A stretch of DNA of 64,000 nucleotides from Azolla caroliniana (Eukaryota; Plantae; Polypodiophyta): positions 1,364,001-1,428,000 of the forward strand of contig JBHGNT010000009.1 of assembly GCA_043228905.1 (NCBI GenBank), written 5' to 3'. Below are positions 34,557-47,973 of the stretch, piece after piece. Position 1 is the stretch's first letter, and every line of letters begins with the position of its first letter. The position numbers were made by a program, and so were the translations under genes. The notes beneath the pieces were generated by a model. That model searched no databases. It worked only from the letters and a program-made list of their open reading frames with translations, and was not told the origin of the DNA.

Positions 34557-37500
34557 AAAAGTATGAAGATCACCAGATGGAATGTGAGGGGATTGTGTTC
34601 TAGATTTAGAATGCATGAGGCTTGGAGGATTGTGTTAAGTGAGAAATGGGATGTTTTATGTGCAGTAGAGCATAAAGATCATCGGAATACTGGTTTAATT
34701 AGTTATTCTAAGGGTTATACATTATGTTATGCTGGCAAGGTACATGGGGATTATTCTGGGATTGTCATGTTTATAAGAGATAAATTTCACCCAAAAGTAA
34801 TTGTTTTAGATGAATTTGGAAGATTTATTGTGGTAGAGATATGTTATGAAGGGCAAGCTATTTGGTTAGTTGGTGTGTATGCATCAAATGTTTCACAAGA
34901 ACGAAAGTTGTTATGGAGATCTCTAAACTCAGTGCTTCATAATGGTAGACCGGGTTTATTGATGGGAGATTTTAATGTTTGTTATGAGATAGATCAATCA
35001 ACATCTATCCACTCTATTATGGATGGACCAGAGGCTCAAGAATGGGGAGATTTTGAGACTGAAGTCATGTTAAGGGATGTATGGAAATGGATCAAGGGAG
35101 ATGAACCTGGTTATACCTTTCAATCGGCTCAATATAAGGATACTTGGAGTAGGTTGGATCGAATGTATGTAATGCATACCGAAGGTTTTTTACCAGAGAT
35201 TTTGGATATTTCAGTGTCTTATGGGTCAATTATATCATATCATTTCCCATTAATTTTTGAGTTCAATCACCACTCAATTAGAGGTTTTCATGAGTTTTTA
35301 GGAAAACCACCGTTGATTTTTAATTCATCATTTTTGGATCATGAGGTCTTCCATGCCTATATGTGTCAATTGATTGATGCATTTGCCTATCGCGTTCAAT
35401 TTGATGGGTATGAATCGTGGGAAGTATTTGTTGCAAATGTTCAGAGGTTAACTAGATATTATGGAATTCACCATGCTTTTAAAAGAAGAAAGAAATTAAG
35501 TCTCCTAGTTAATTTGCTTGATAAATGCAACTCATTGTTAACTTATTGGCCAACGGATGTAGAGTTGATGGGATATCAAGAGGTATTAATTTCTGCGATG
35601 CATGAACTAACGGCAAAAAATTATCAACATGCTAGACTACATCGTCTAAGACAAGAAGTGGATGATGCTAATTGTCAATCACATAAGTTTTTCCATGACC
35701 TTCATGAATCACATGCACGACATAATGTGGTAAGGTTAGAGGAAAATGGTATCATGTGTTCCGATCCTCAAGAAATTGTGAAGAAATGCATAGAATATTA
35801 TACACAATTGTTGGATGTACAAGTGTGTATCGATGATAATGTTAAAAAGGATAGAGATGTATTTTTTAATGGAGTGAAAAATCATGTAGCGCATGATGTG
35901 GCACAATCATTAGATGCTAATATTTCAGAGGATGAGGTAGAACATGTCATGTCACATCTTGCTAATGATAAGAGTCCTGGGTCGGATGGATTAACACATG
36001 AACTCTTTAAGAAATATGTGATTGAGTTAAAGGGGCTTTTTACGATTTTATTTCAGAAGGTGTGGACATCAGGGGAAATGCCTCATTCTTGGAAGATTGG
36101 TTTGATCAAGCTTTTGCCGAAGGTGCCTTCTCCATCTTCCTTTGCTCAATGGAGGCCTATTTCATTGATGGGGGGAATGTACAAGATTTTTGCAAAAGTG
36201 ATGGCCAATAGGTTGCATAAGGTTTTACCTTCTATTATTCATAATGCTCAATATGGGTTTTTAGCAAAAAGAGACATTTTACATAATATTTTAAATGTTC
36301 AAATGGCAATTGACTATGCAAAGGAGTCTAAACAAGAATTAGTGTTGCTACAATTGGATATCGAGAAAGCCTATGATAATGTGGATTGGTCATTTATAAA
36401 TCAATTGATGTCTCATATGGGTTTTGGTGATCGTATGTCTAAGTTGATATACACATTAGGGGAGGGTTTGGTTTCACATGTGATGTTTAATGGAGGAGTA
36501 ACCCAACCGATTTCTATTCAGAGGTCAGTTAGACAAGGATGCCCGATAAGTCCTTTACTATTCACTATTGTGACACATCCTATTCTTGTTAAGTTACACA
36601 ATATGGCTATGGGGGAAGAATTGCTTGGACTAAGGTTGCCATCAGGGAAGCCATGTATTGTTCAAGCTCTCGCAGATGACCATATTATGTTTTTGGCACC
36701 TAATCGGGAAAATATTAGTAAGACAAGAGATGTGTGGGAATTGTTTTCAAATGCTTCGGGGTTGAGAATTAATATACATAAATATGTCCTCATTTCATGT
36801 ACAGAACAAGATGTGTTAGGGTTGGGGTGGTTAGGAAGGATAGTACATCGTGGTATGATTTGTCGTCATCTTGGATATCCAATTGGGGTGGAAGTTTCTC
36901 ATGTGAAACTTATTGAGTGGGTATCCAAAAGGTTGGAGGATAAGTTTATGTATTGGAGGTCTCAATTTTGGCCTTTTCATGTACGACTTAAGGTGGTCCA
37001 ATCGATTATGGTCTCTATGGTATCTTATTATCTTCCTTTGCTCCCATGGTCAAAGAAAGCTCTTGAAATGTTGTCATGCTAGATGCGAATGTTGTTATGG
37101 AAAAGAAAAGGGAAAAGTGCCTTGTCATGGTTGGCATGGGATCATGTTTGTACTCCGAAGCGTCTTGGTGGGGCATCAATATTGAATCTATATGAGCATA
37201 TGGTGGCTCGTCGATTTACTTTCATTCGATTCATGTTTGAAGGTGTACAACCTTGGATAGAAATGGTGGCATACTTTATAGAGAAGAACGGAATAAAGCT
37301 TGGAAACATGAAGGTTGAAGCGAATTGGTGGAATGTAATTAATTCTGACAGGGATGTCAAATGTACAAGGTCTATGATAGTTAATCATTTGTTGACATCT
37401 TGGCAAAGTATGTTGGATTTTGTGGAATGGCATCCCCCACAAGAAAGGGGATGTGCCAATTCATTACAAATGGAGGTTTTGGCAACATCAAGGTTGTTGA

Positions 37501-38531
37501 GGTGGGAAGGTAAACAAATTCTTAACCTTCAATTTAATCGGATGGCTAGATTGGGTTTGGTAAGAGTTAAGGATGCTATGTTCGTTTCATAAAGAAGATT
37601 AATGGCTTTTCGAACAATAAGATCAACATTTCGTATTCCAAAAGGTTATAACTTTATTTGGGATAAGTTGCAACAAATACTAGCTTCGCATGAGCCAATT
37701 CCTGATTTAGATGGGCGATCTCAAGAGCTTGATTGGAGGTTTGTTGGAAATAAGAGATTGACTATGATCTCAACGAATGTTGCTTATCACAAGTTGATTG
37801 ACAAACATAAGTGGTTGGAAGAAAGGGTTATAAAGATATGGGGTTTTCATAAGCCCATTACTTGGTGGTTTCATGTGATCAAGGCAGGTTGGTGTTCTCG
37901 ATTGATGCTACGAGCCAAGGTATTTATTTGGAGAGTTATGGTTGGAGCTTTACCATTAGGGGATGCATTAAAAAGAAGAAACATTACTAAAGGATTGTGT
38001 TTCTTTTGTTCGGTGGAATTGGAACATAGTAGGCATCGATTTATTTCATGCCCGATGGCAAGGATGGTTTGGAGGTGTATCAGTTTAGTGTGGATGTCTC
38101 TAACAGGAGTAAGTCTATCTTCCTTCAGTTGGGTTTTTGCACATATGGAGAACAATGAACCGATGCCTCATTTTCAAATTATTTTTGAGTTCTTGAGGTA
38201 TTGGGGGCTATGGTTCAATTGGAATATGCGGAATGCCTTCATTTTTTATTCACAAGTTGGGGTGAGAAAATATGTTCTTAAGTTAAAAGGACTTCTTTTG
38301 TGGCAATTGACAGTGCTAGAGAAGTCACAAAATCTCAACCAAGAAGAGAGAGAACTCTGCAAGGTCACATATCATCATATTCGCCATTTGAATTGGTGTG
38401 TAGGGTGGCATTGAGTTTGGTGTCGTAGTTTTCTTTAGATCCCTAGATAGAAGGGGTTCTATAGTTTGTTGTAAGTTAATCATGGTGGTGTTTTTTCTTT
38501 CGTAATGAAAGCCATTATTTACGAAAAAAAA
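34557..38531 (+). mobile_element. L1/Tx1-like LINE, ORF2 only (APE endonuclease, RT, zf-RVT), two in-frame stops
   Basis: WNVRG, MGDFN, SRLDR, KSPGSDG, WRPISL, LDIEKAYD, RQGCPISP, LADD and CFFC...H...C. The three ORFs 34563-38414 share one frame; A-tail at ~38524-38531. Confidence 0.93.
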
Positions 38532-39303
38532 GAGAGAGAGAGAACAAAACCACTCTTCTTGATCATTCTTGTATAGAGAGAGAGAGAGAACAAAACGCAG
38601 ATGGTCATGGGTTCAACCCCTACATTCCACAGTGGCATCTAGTGAATTAAGAGATATATAAGAAGTATATAATAGAGAGATGAGGAAGTTGGTTTTCGAA
38701 CCCAAAACGCAATGCTTGTAGTGCTAACAACTTACCACTAGGGTAAGGTAATTACGATAAATAAATAAAAGAAAGAGAGAGAACAGAAATAACAAAGCTT
38801 ACATTAAAGCTTAAGAGTGTGTCTATCTTCTTGTCTTCATTCTTTTTGTGTTGTTTGCTTAGTACTTCTCGACATGTCCTCATACATACTCGACAAGTCC
38901 TCGACATATTCGAACAACATATCGCACGATCATTATGGTAATAAAGAAATATGTTAGTCTCAATTAAATAGATAATCACTATATAAGAAACATAAGAGGT
39001 GTCAAAACTAAATAGATAATTACTGAATAAGAAATGTGTACCTCTCAATTAATTAGGTGGAAAGTGACTCTTAGTGTATGTAATTGGGAGTGAATAAGAA
39101 CCAAAAGGTAGCCCCAAAATTATGGCACCCTAAGGTCCCTTTTTTTTTCCAAAAAAGAATATCCTTCCATTAGATAAGAAAACACCCTAAGGTCCCTTTT
39201 ACATTAGAGGTCTTACCCTTTTATACAAGTTGGAAACCTAAATATCCCCAAGTTCACATTACGAGCCCATTGGCCATTCACCATTCCTACATAATAAGGG
39301 ATA

Positions 39304-41184
39304 TCGGTGGTCGTCGATGCTTCACTCAATGTGGGTGCCTATCCCCGATACCTGGGCCTCCATAGAAGAAACGAAGTTATGATTATAGACCTTGTGGTCG
39401 GAACAAGGAGTGTGAAATGGGGGGTCATGGACGGGTTGAGGTTGGAGAAGATGTCGGAGAGGAGGAACACCAAGGTCGATTGGAGTGCACCCGAATCGTG
39501 AAAGTGCTTGGTGTAGAGGAGGAAGGCGGGAGTGGGGATAAGAGATTAAGTTTAGGATTAAAACTAAAAATAAAAAAACAAGATTAAAGAACATAATTAA
39601 AAAACCGAGAGGGGAGAAGATTAACATGCTAAGGCTAAACATAAACACTAATGAAAACAATTAACACATAAAACTAACCCTAAAAATAAAAAAATAAAAA
39701 AACTAAAAACGTAATCATAAAACTAGAAACATAAACCTAAAATAAGGTAAAGGGAGGGTAATGGGTGAGAGAGGGGGATAGAGAGATTAAAACATTAAAA
39801 CATAATTATGTCCAAGATTAAGAATAAGAAACGAGTTTAAAAACATAGTTAAACATTAAAAAGAGGGGCAGGGGAGACGAGGGGATTAACATACTAATTA
39901 AAAACAAAATTAAAAACTAATTAAAAGGGGGAGAGAGAGAGAGAGAGAGAGATTAAAACATTAAAACATAATTAAGTCCAATATTAAGAATAAAAAACGA
40001 GTTTAAAAACATAGTTAAACATTAAAAAGAGGGGTAGGGGAGAAAAGGAGATTAACATACTAATTAAAAAGGGGAGAGAGAGAGAAACATAACTAAAACA
40101 TGTAATTATCATCCCTTTCCCCTCTCTCTTACTTTCTCCCTACACTCTTTCTCGTACCCTCTCACTCCTTCCCTCTTACCATTCCCATTTCCCTTTTCCC
40201 TATCCTTAAAAAACCTTAAACCTTACATCCCACAAGCCACTACCTTGGAAGGAGAGGTAAATTTGTTAAAAGATAGGCAAAAGGGAGTGATGATGTGGGC
40301 ACACGTGTGGGGTTAAAAAGTAAGAGAGAGAAGGAAAGTTAGAGATTTAAGAGAGATGAGGGGTAGGGATAAAGTATTGGTTTAGATGAGGGGAGGGTTA
40401 GAGATAAAAATATGAAAAGGAGGGGGGATTTAGGAGGGTATTTTCAAAGGTGAGGATAGGGGTCGTAGGAGGGTATTAAACCAAAAGGTAATGGGAGGGG
40501 TAGGGTGGTAATTAGGAAAAAGTGAGGGGAAGCCGAGGGTGGTAATTTTGAAAAGTAGAGGGAGGGCTAGAGAGATAAAATTATGAAAAATGTAGGGGTG
40601 AGAGGGTAATATGACAAAAATGAAGATAGGGGTAGTGTGGGAATATAAAAAGTAAAGGGAGGGTATGGATGTAAATTTGGAAGGGGTAAGTTGGGAAAAG
40701 TGAGGGGAGGGTAGGATGGAAATAAAAATGAAAAAGAGGGATGGAAACATTACAATGCCGGCTACCAAAGGTGTAGTCCCGAGCATGATCCCAAATGTGA
40801 AAAGGGAGATAAAAATAAAATGAAAACACAGCTCCATAATGTAGGCTCGTGTGTTACAATGAGAGGTGAGTGAGGGGGATGTCGGGGAGTGTGAGATGTA
40901 GAAACCGATGACGCCATTTGCAATGCCACATAACGTTTTACGGGGGCACTCGGCACGACCGAGGACTCGGTGGTTGCCGATGATTCACTCAATGTGGGTG
41001 CCTATCCCCGATACAGTGGCCTCCATAGAAGAAACGAAGTTACAATTATAGACCTTGTGGTCGGAACAAGGAGTGCGAAATGGGGGGTCATGGACGGATT
41101 GAGGTTGGAGAAGATGTCGGAGAGGAGGAACACCAAGGTCGATTGGAGCGCACCCGAATCGTGAAAGTGCTTGGTGTAGAGGAG
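39304..41184. repeat. Pair of ~218-bp direct repeats (39304-39521, 40967-41184) around a purine-rich spacer
   Basis: Both copies give near-identical 64-aa ORFs; the spacer is A/G-rich with internal duplications. Confidence 0.85.
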
Positions 41185-41189
41185 CCTAC

Positions 41190-41400
41190 AATATAATCAT
41201 GATTCTTATATGTTTATGCCTATGATCATAGATATGGATTATCTGGTACTTATTTGGTGGCCATGAGAGTGCATTGGTCAAATGTCAAAATGTTTGAAAA
41301 CTTAGTTTGGAACGACAAATTTAGGGATTTTACACAATTTCCTTGGGTATAGAGTTCTGGCAAACCTTGTCGGTGTCATGATGACATACATTTTGGCTTA
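41190..41400 (+). pseudogene. Ty1/Copia RT remnant
   Basis: Degenerate YVDD region followed by TNLGILHNFLG-IEFWQ-like sequence. Confidence 0.5.
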
Positions 41401-43289
41401 CAAGGATTCAACCCACAACTTCTTGGTCTACATGTCAAAACTTTAGTTTTGATTAGTAGATCCATCATCCGAAAATTGCACCTTCTTCATTCATATGGGT
41501 ACCACCAACTCTCCAATCACACCTAGTGATGCTCACATGGCTTGTTAGTGACAATTTAATTCTTCTAGATCAAATTACGCTTCCGGAAGTCCACCTTCCT
41601 TTGCTCAACTTCCTCCACCTCACCCATGTTATTTCACTGACCGAAATGATAAATCCTAGTGGCTCATCATTGATGGTAGATTGGGCCTACACAAAGTTGT
41701 GGCCTTCTTGGTGGCAAAACTTCATGGTGATTTACCACTCAATGTCATTCGTGCCACTTGATTGAGCATTCATTGCCGTCAATCTAGTTGTTACCACGTG
41801 AGCTTGAAATTCCTCCAAATTCTTGATGTTGAGCCCTTTATAGTTATATTATCTTAACTATTCTTTGAAAACTAGAAAGTTGCACAAATGAACAATACCA
41901 CAAAGAGATACAGTGGAAGGGAAAATGATTATGCCTTCATATAGCATGCTCACCTAAATGAGTAAGTTCAAATCCAACTTTCATCAAGTGAAGAATCAAC
42001 TTATAGTTAGTCACTAAGGATTGACGTCATAAAGTTTGTGATTCTTTTCAAAGTATTTTATAATTCTTTTTATATTTTATTCATAGGTTCATGGATTTAC
42101 ATACTTGTCTAAATGTAGACTCCTAAGCATCACTGCAATCTGCTTCTATGAGAGTTAAATAGATTCCATTGCATGTTTGGCATCTATGGCCTTTCTCGGC
42201 AACGAGTTACCCTTGGGATTGCAATATATACATTTAGCATTACAAACATTCATTAACATAGGCAATCATTGCACATTTCAAGTTCCTTAATTAGATGTGC
42301 TTCCATTCTATACCAAAAATGCTCATCATACCATTTTTCTCTGAAGTAGTTTTTTAGACTAGTTATCAACATGAGCCAAAGTTTGTAGCTCATTCATTGT
42401 AGTCCTATCCTCAACATGACGTGGGGGGTACACTATGACACTATAGCATTTTTTGGGCTTTTCTTCCTCTATGCATTGCATAATTTGAATTTCTCCATCA
42501 ACATTTCAAGTCTCGTACATATGAATCTCTCATTCAATGATGTGAATTTACTTCTTTATATTTGTTTGAGATTAGTACTTGATGATGATGCCCCTATCTA
42601 ATTTCTATTCTTAATTAATGGAATGGAAATAGATGGAGACCTAAAGGGAGTTTTTTTCTCATCATTTGTTGAGCCAATGCAACCATTACAATCTACATGA
42701 ATACCTAAGCAAAATGGTGTGTTTGTTGGTATGTTCATTTCTGTATGGATGCCTTCTTTTGGTTTGATAATAAAATCCAAATGTTCTTTATAAATTTATA
42801 CCCATCGCCACATTTGCAAGAAATACATAAGTATGTTTTCCATCCACAAAATAAGTTGACTTAACACAATGCGTTCAGTTGGAAAACGTATTTGTTTATA
42901 ATGTGGGTGGTCTAGAAAACTATATCAACTATAATTGTTAGTGACTAAAGCCATTTCAATGTTGAATTCTTTCAATTATTTTTTTGCAGTACATTTTTTA
43001 ATTGATAACAAGGGTATCGTGGATGGTGGGGACCTTCTTCTTTGGCTAAGAAGGCAACAATGGCCTAATATATGGGGTGCAATTTGCTCATGGTGGCAGG
43101 CTAATTGCATGTATTTCTTACAAAATATGAGAGTTAATAAGTATCATTGCATAATATTATTGCTCGATAGATTTGGATGACCTTTAGGTTCCTTTGGGCC
43201 CTTTCTAGAATTGTTCCCTCCTCTCATCACATAGATAGAGATCTTTCTCCCCTTTCAATTTTTGTCTCATGTAGATGGATGTTATTGCA

Positions 43290-44035
43290 TGGGTGACACA
43301 ACTCCCCTTCAAGGTTAAATCTTGAAGAGGATAAGTTTTGAGTCTTAACTAATGGAATGATCTTTTCTAGGAGAAAATGAGTCTAAATAGAGTCTAGAAG
43401 ACAATCTTTTTATCATTCTTTCCATGAGCTAACACATATTTTTGGTCACTCATTACAATTAACATGAATAACCTTTATAGAAAGAAGATTGTGCTTATAG
43501 ATATGTTCATTCTTGTATGGATGCATTCATCTCGTTTCTCTTTATTTATAAATATATGCCCACAAACATGTTGGTTAGAGATATGGAAGAATCTTGTAGC
43601 AATATGCAATCGCAAAATAATGTGACTTAATGCAATGCATTCGATTCAAAGTCTTTTCTACTTATAAAGTATTATTTTAGGCAACCATGTCCTACTCGTT
43701 TTCTTATGCTTGTCGACACTTCAACAATGATGTCTTTCTATTTAACTGTGTATACTTAATCAACATGCGCTAGTTACATGGATGTGTGGTATGCTAAAAT
43801 TCGATTACACAACTTGTCCTTTAAGAGTTGATGATAAGCACTTCACAAGTCAAGAAAATGAAGATAAATGAAGAATTGTTCAATCGATGGGCATATACAT
43901 GGTAAATAAGTTGATGTTTGCATGCCCAATTGTTGAAGGTGACATTTTAGAATGATTATATTAAACTTGAAAAGAGTTAACCACCTACAAAATTTGTTAT
44001 ATCTCAATCACGAGGATGAAATGGAGGGTCAAATG
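43290..44035 (-). pseudogene. Highly degenerate Copia RT-RNase H remnant with PPT
   Basis: Minus-strand TTGAAGGGGAGT-TG PPT/LTR junction at ~43300; HxRTKHI-like remnant at ~43502-43525. Confidence 0.4.
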
Positions 44036-45351
44036 TATTGACCTACACAAGCTAGAGCGTAGATGATAATTACAAAAATGCATATATATTTCATAATTGA
44101 CCTTTATGCAGATACAATCTATCAAAAGAAATTTGAGGGAAGAGTTATCCTTTTCACATTGGGTTGAGGGTCATCTTACGCACGTGCTATTTGAAATGCC
44201 AATAATGTTGCTACATGGGGATCCCATGGTAGCGTAAGGGAGAATAAATCCCCTTTGAATTTGGTGCCCCTAAATTTGTACATACAAATTGCTCGAATAA
44301 CCATGCACTCCCTCTCACTAACATGGCTAGTTTATGAAGTTTTTAGTCCTTGGCAATGCTCCTTGGTCCTCTATTGAGTTGATAGTTTTTCTTTACGATC
44401 GTTAACTGCTAATGTCATTTGTTGTTTATGCACTTATCTATTACTCTCTCCAATTTAGGTACAAAAAACAACACACTGTTGTATGCAACATGTAATATGT
44501 TTGAGCAATTTTGATTGTTAGTTCTACTAACCATTAATCACTTTGATTAGATGTAACCTTTTATAGTGTAAATGGTCTTTAATTATGAATTTAGTAGGTG
44601 CAGGTTTTCTTTTAATGATAACTAATTTTCTACAACACCTTAAGGCACAAGTGGTGCTAAGAAATGGTGAGGTTTTTAAAAAAAATGTATTTTTAACGTT
44701 AAGACCTCAATAGGTTTAATGTGCTTGGGGGAAATTTCATACAAGGCAATTCGGAGGAGGAGAGAGGGGGGAAATTGGAGTGGCGTTGGCCAGAGAATAT
44801 TGCCGATAGTTTCGGAAGGTTGACAATAGTTTTCTATTCCACTTTGAAGTGAACAAGCAAGGGGAGAAAGTGAGGTTCCATAAGAATGAATGCTCATGGT
44901 GATACATGCATGAGTGGTTGAATATGCCTTTCTAACATGAGGGGTTCTTATTTTTCTTCCTTTGTCTCGTGTGAACACATCTGAGGCCTAAATCTCATGT
45001 GAATTGAACCAAAAGATGTTGATATTGCTCAATGGATATCCTTAGGAAACATCTAAGAAAGTGCGGAGTGCCAACAAATAAAGATAAAGCTTGAAGGACT
45101 TCAAGTTCCCCTCCCAAAAACAAAATAAAAAAATAGAAAATTCCAAGTCACAAGGGGGGGTAGCATGTCTATCCTTTTCTTTTCTTCTTTCCTTGCCCTT
45201 GTCACTCACTACCCCTATCTATATCCTTTCACAAAGGTGATCATAACTTACATATACAATATATGAGAAAAGGGCCATTATGGTGCAATATGAGAGAGAG
45301 AGAAAACGACAGAAATATATGTTAACGTCTTCTAAGACCAAAATTAACCCA

Positions 45352-45411
<60 letters not shown>

Positions 45412-45936
45412 TGTGTGTGTGTGTGTGCATGTGCTTGGTAATTGGGTCATAATTGAGATGGCCACTTCAACTGTTTGGAGATTGTGAGATCAATTTGCCC
45501 AACACACCGCACCGACGTGGTGGCATGTAATTTCGAGAGTAGGTGATATATATTTGTGTAGGAATGATACATGTGGAGGAAGCAAAAAGATTGGGAATCC
45601 ATAATCCTTACAAATACAAATTGAGAGCCAAAATCGCTATGGCATCCTGATCAAATTAGAACAATACTCTCCCCCCCAGCGAGGAAAAATAGGCAAGAAA
45701 TAACGAGGAAAATGTGTACGATTAGGCAAGAAATACGCGGCTGATGGATGGATGGATGGAAAAGAAGAATGGGAAGGGGAGGGACATGTGCAAGGGAAAG
45801 CAAGGAGGTGTCCAATGTCCACGACTACCCTATACATGTATAGAAAGAAGAAAGAAAGAAAGATATATTAACGTCTTCTAAGGCCAAATTTGCCCCATGG
45901 AGACAATTGGTAAGAGGGTGCTGGGATGCCCTGTTC

Positions 45937-45972
<36 letters not shown>

Positions 45973-46658
45973 GTATGTCCCCTGTTCTAGAGAGAGAGTG
46001 CCCTGTTCTAGAGAGAGTGTGTGCTCTGTTCTAGAGAGAGAACGTTAGATATACTGTAAGTCTGTATATATATATATATACATATATGAATCTATATGAT
46101 ATATGGTTGAAACCAAGATATTTCTATGATCTTGCCTAATCACTTCCCAATTTCGACTCGCTGAGTTAGAGAGAGAGAGAGAGAGAGTTGCTTCCAACCT
46201 TTTGAAATGGGGACCATGTGCATCATCCACCCTAGAGAGAAGATGTGGGTCTAGAGAGAGGATGCTCGTCCACTGAGAGAGGGAGAGAGAGAATGGTAAT
46301 CCTGGCATTTGTTTTTTTTTTTGTTGCATTATTTAGCCCAATCCATGCCCATCCATTACGCAGTATGGGTGGGTGGAAATCAGCCGCCCCCAGCGAGGAA
46401 AATGTGTACGATTAGGCAAGAAATACGTACACCTAGAGATGGAGAGCGACGACCTACAGAGAGGGAGAGAGACAGAGCGAGCAATTGGGTCTTAAGACGT
46501 ATATGTAGTTTCTTGTGCATATAGAGAGAGGATGTGGGTGGTTGTAGAGAGAGGATGTGAGAGTACCTCACTCCACCCATTGTGGCATACAAATGCAAAT
46601 AATACATACATATACAGAGAGAGAGAGAGACACACACACACACACACACACAGAGATA

Positions 46659-46667
46659 TATATAAAT
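46659..46667 (+). promoter_or_regulatory. Putative TATA box of the F-box/kelch gene
   Basis: TATATAAAT followed by a CT-rich leader, donor GTAAGT at 46883 and acceptor (polypyrimidine)CAG at 47524. Confidence 0.55.
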
Positions 46668-46908
46668 ATCCCATTCTATCTTCCCCCTTTCTTCTCCCCC
46701 TTTCTCTCTATCTTTGGCCCTCCCTCCTCCATCACTCTTCAATCCGTGCTCCTTGCCCTGTTTCTACACTGTCTCTACTCTGTTTCTGGTCGCCATGGAT
46801 CGCTCATTCTGGCCTCTTCTCGAACTTCTGAACGTGAACCCATAAGGACGATATCTCTCCTTCTCTCACACCACTTTCTTGTGTAAGTTTTCCACCAGTT
46901 TCTTCATT

Positions 46909-47050
46909 TTTTCATGTATATTGTGTGTATATTTTCATGTATATTGTGTGTGTATATTTTCATGTATATTGTGGGTATATTTTCATGTATATTGTGTGTG
47001 TATATTTTCATGTATATTGTGTGTATATTTTCATGTATATTGTGTGTATA
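46909..47050 (+). repeat. 23/25-bp minisatellite (TTTTCATGTATATTGTGTGTATA) in the 5'-UTR intron
   Basis: About six tandem copies. Confidence 0.9.
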
Positions 47051-47562
47051 TGCAGATGCATATTGTATATACATATATGTAGATGTATGTTTGTGTATAT
47101 GTTTGTTTTTTTGTATTATAGATGAGTTTTTAGATTATTATTATTATTTTTGTGTCAAAATTGGCCCCTTCTTTGTTCACTAAAACTTCTTCTTTTACTC
47201 AGTCATTATGCCCTGCGAATTGTTCTGTGGGTTTCTTTCAATTCTAGTATTCCAAATAAACTTATATTACATGCTCTTCTTTCTGGTTCATTTTCTTGCC
47301 CCCCGTTTCCCTTACATTAGTTTTAACATATCCGTATGTGCTCTCATTTGTCATAGCTTCACCAAATTTACGTCTCAATTTTGGGACTCTACAGCAAACA
47401 TCGAAGATGTTTGTACACTAAATGTAGCAAGGGATCTCTTACTCAGTTTTAAGCATTTGAGGGCATGATCTGCTCTAAATCAGAACTAAGTTTTTCTTTT
47501 TTCTTTTTTCTTTGTATGCTCCAGGTTCACCGCAACATATATAACCCTGCTGAAAGACTATT

Positions 47563-47805
47563 ATGTGTGAATCTGTTCGTGTTTTACTAGATCTTCCCTC
47601 AAATCACATTGTGCGAAATACCGGTTGTCATATGGCTGCAGTTGCAGAAACATATTCATTGGGATTGAGCATCAGAGAGAACACGGTGAAAGCGAGCCTT
47701 TTGTTTCGATACAAATATCATGATGTTTTTTTATCAAAGATTGCGGTAGATCATGATAGTGAGCGTTCTTATCATCTCTGGTACGGGCGCCTCCCTTATT
47801 TCTAA
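47563..47805 (+). CDS. Candidate upstream ORF (80 aa) in the 5' UTR of the F-box gene
   Basis: ATG-initiated ORF between the predicted acceptor (47524) and the main ATG (47974). Confidence 0.5.
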   Translation: MCESVRVLLDLPSNHIVRNTGCHMAAVAETYSLGLSIRENTVKASLLFRYKYHDVFLSKIAVDHDSERSYHLWYGRLPYF

Positions 47806-47973
47806 CAAAGTTGCATAACATTACTGTGGACGGAAATATTGGAAGTCCCATATCTACTTATATAAATAAACACCTTGCACTCTAGAAGGAGTGAAAGAGA
47901 AGTTGAGTTTGAGTCCAGGTGTTAAAACTAAAAAAGAAAAAGCATAGTATTTTAGGGTAACAGAAATAAAGTA

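Noticed and set aside
41500-43000. Possible decayed Mutator-like transposase on the minus strand
   Set aside because: Only faint motifs; cannot be supported without a homology search.
46879-47183. Repetitive Cys/Tyr-rich ORFs
   Set aside because: Translation of an intronic minisatellite.
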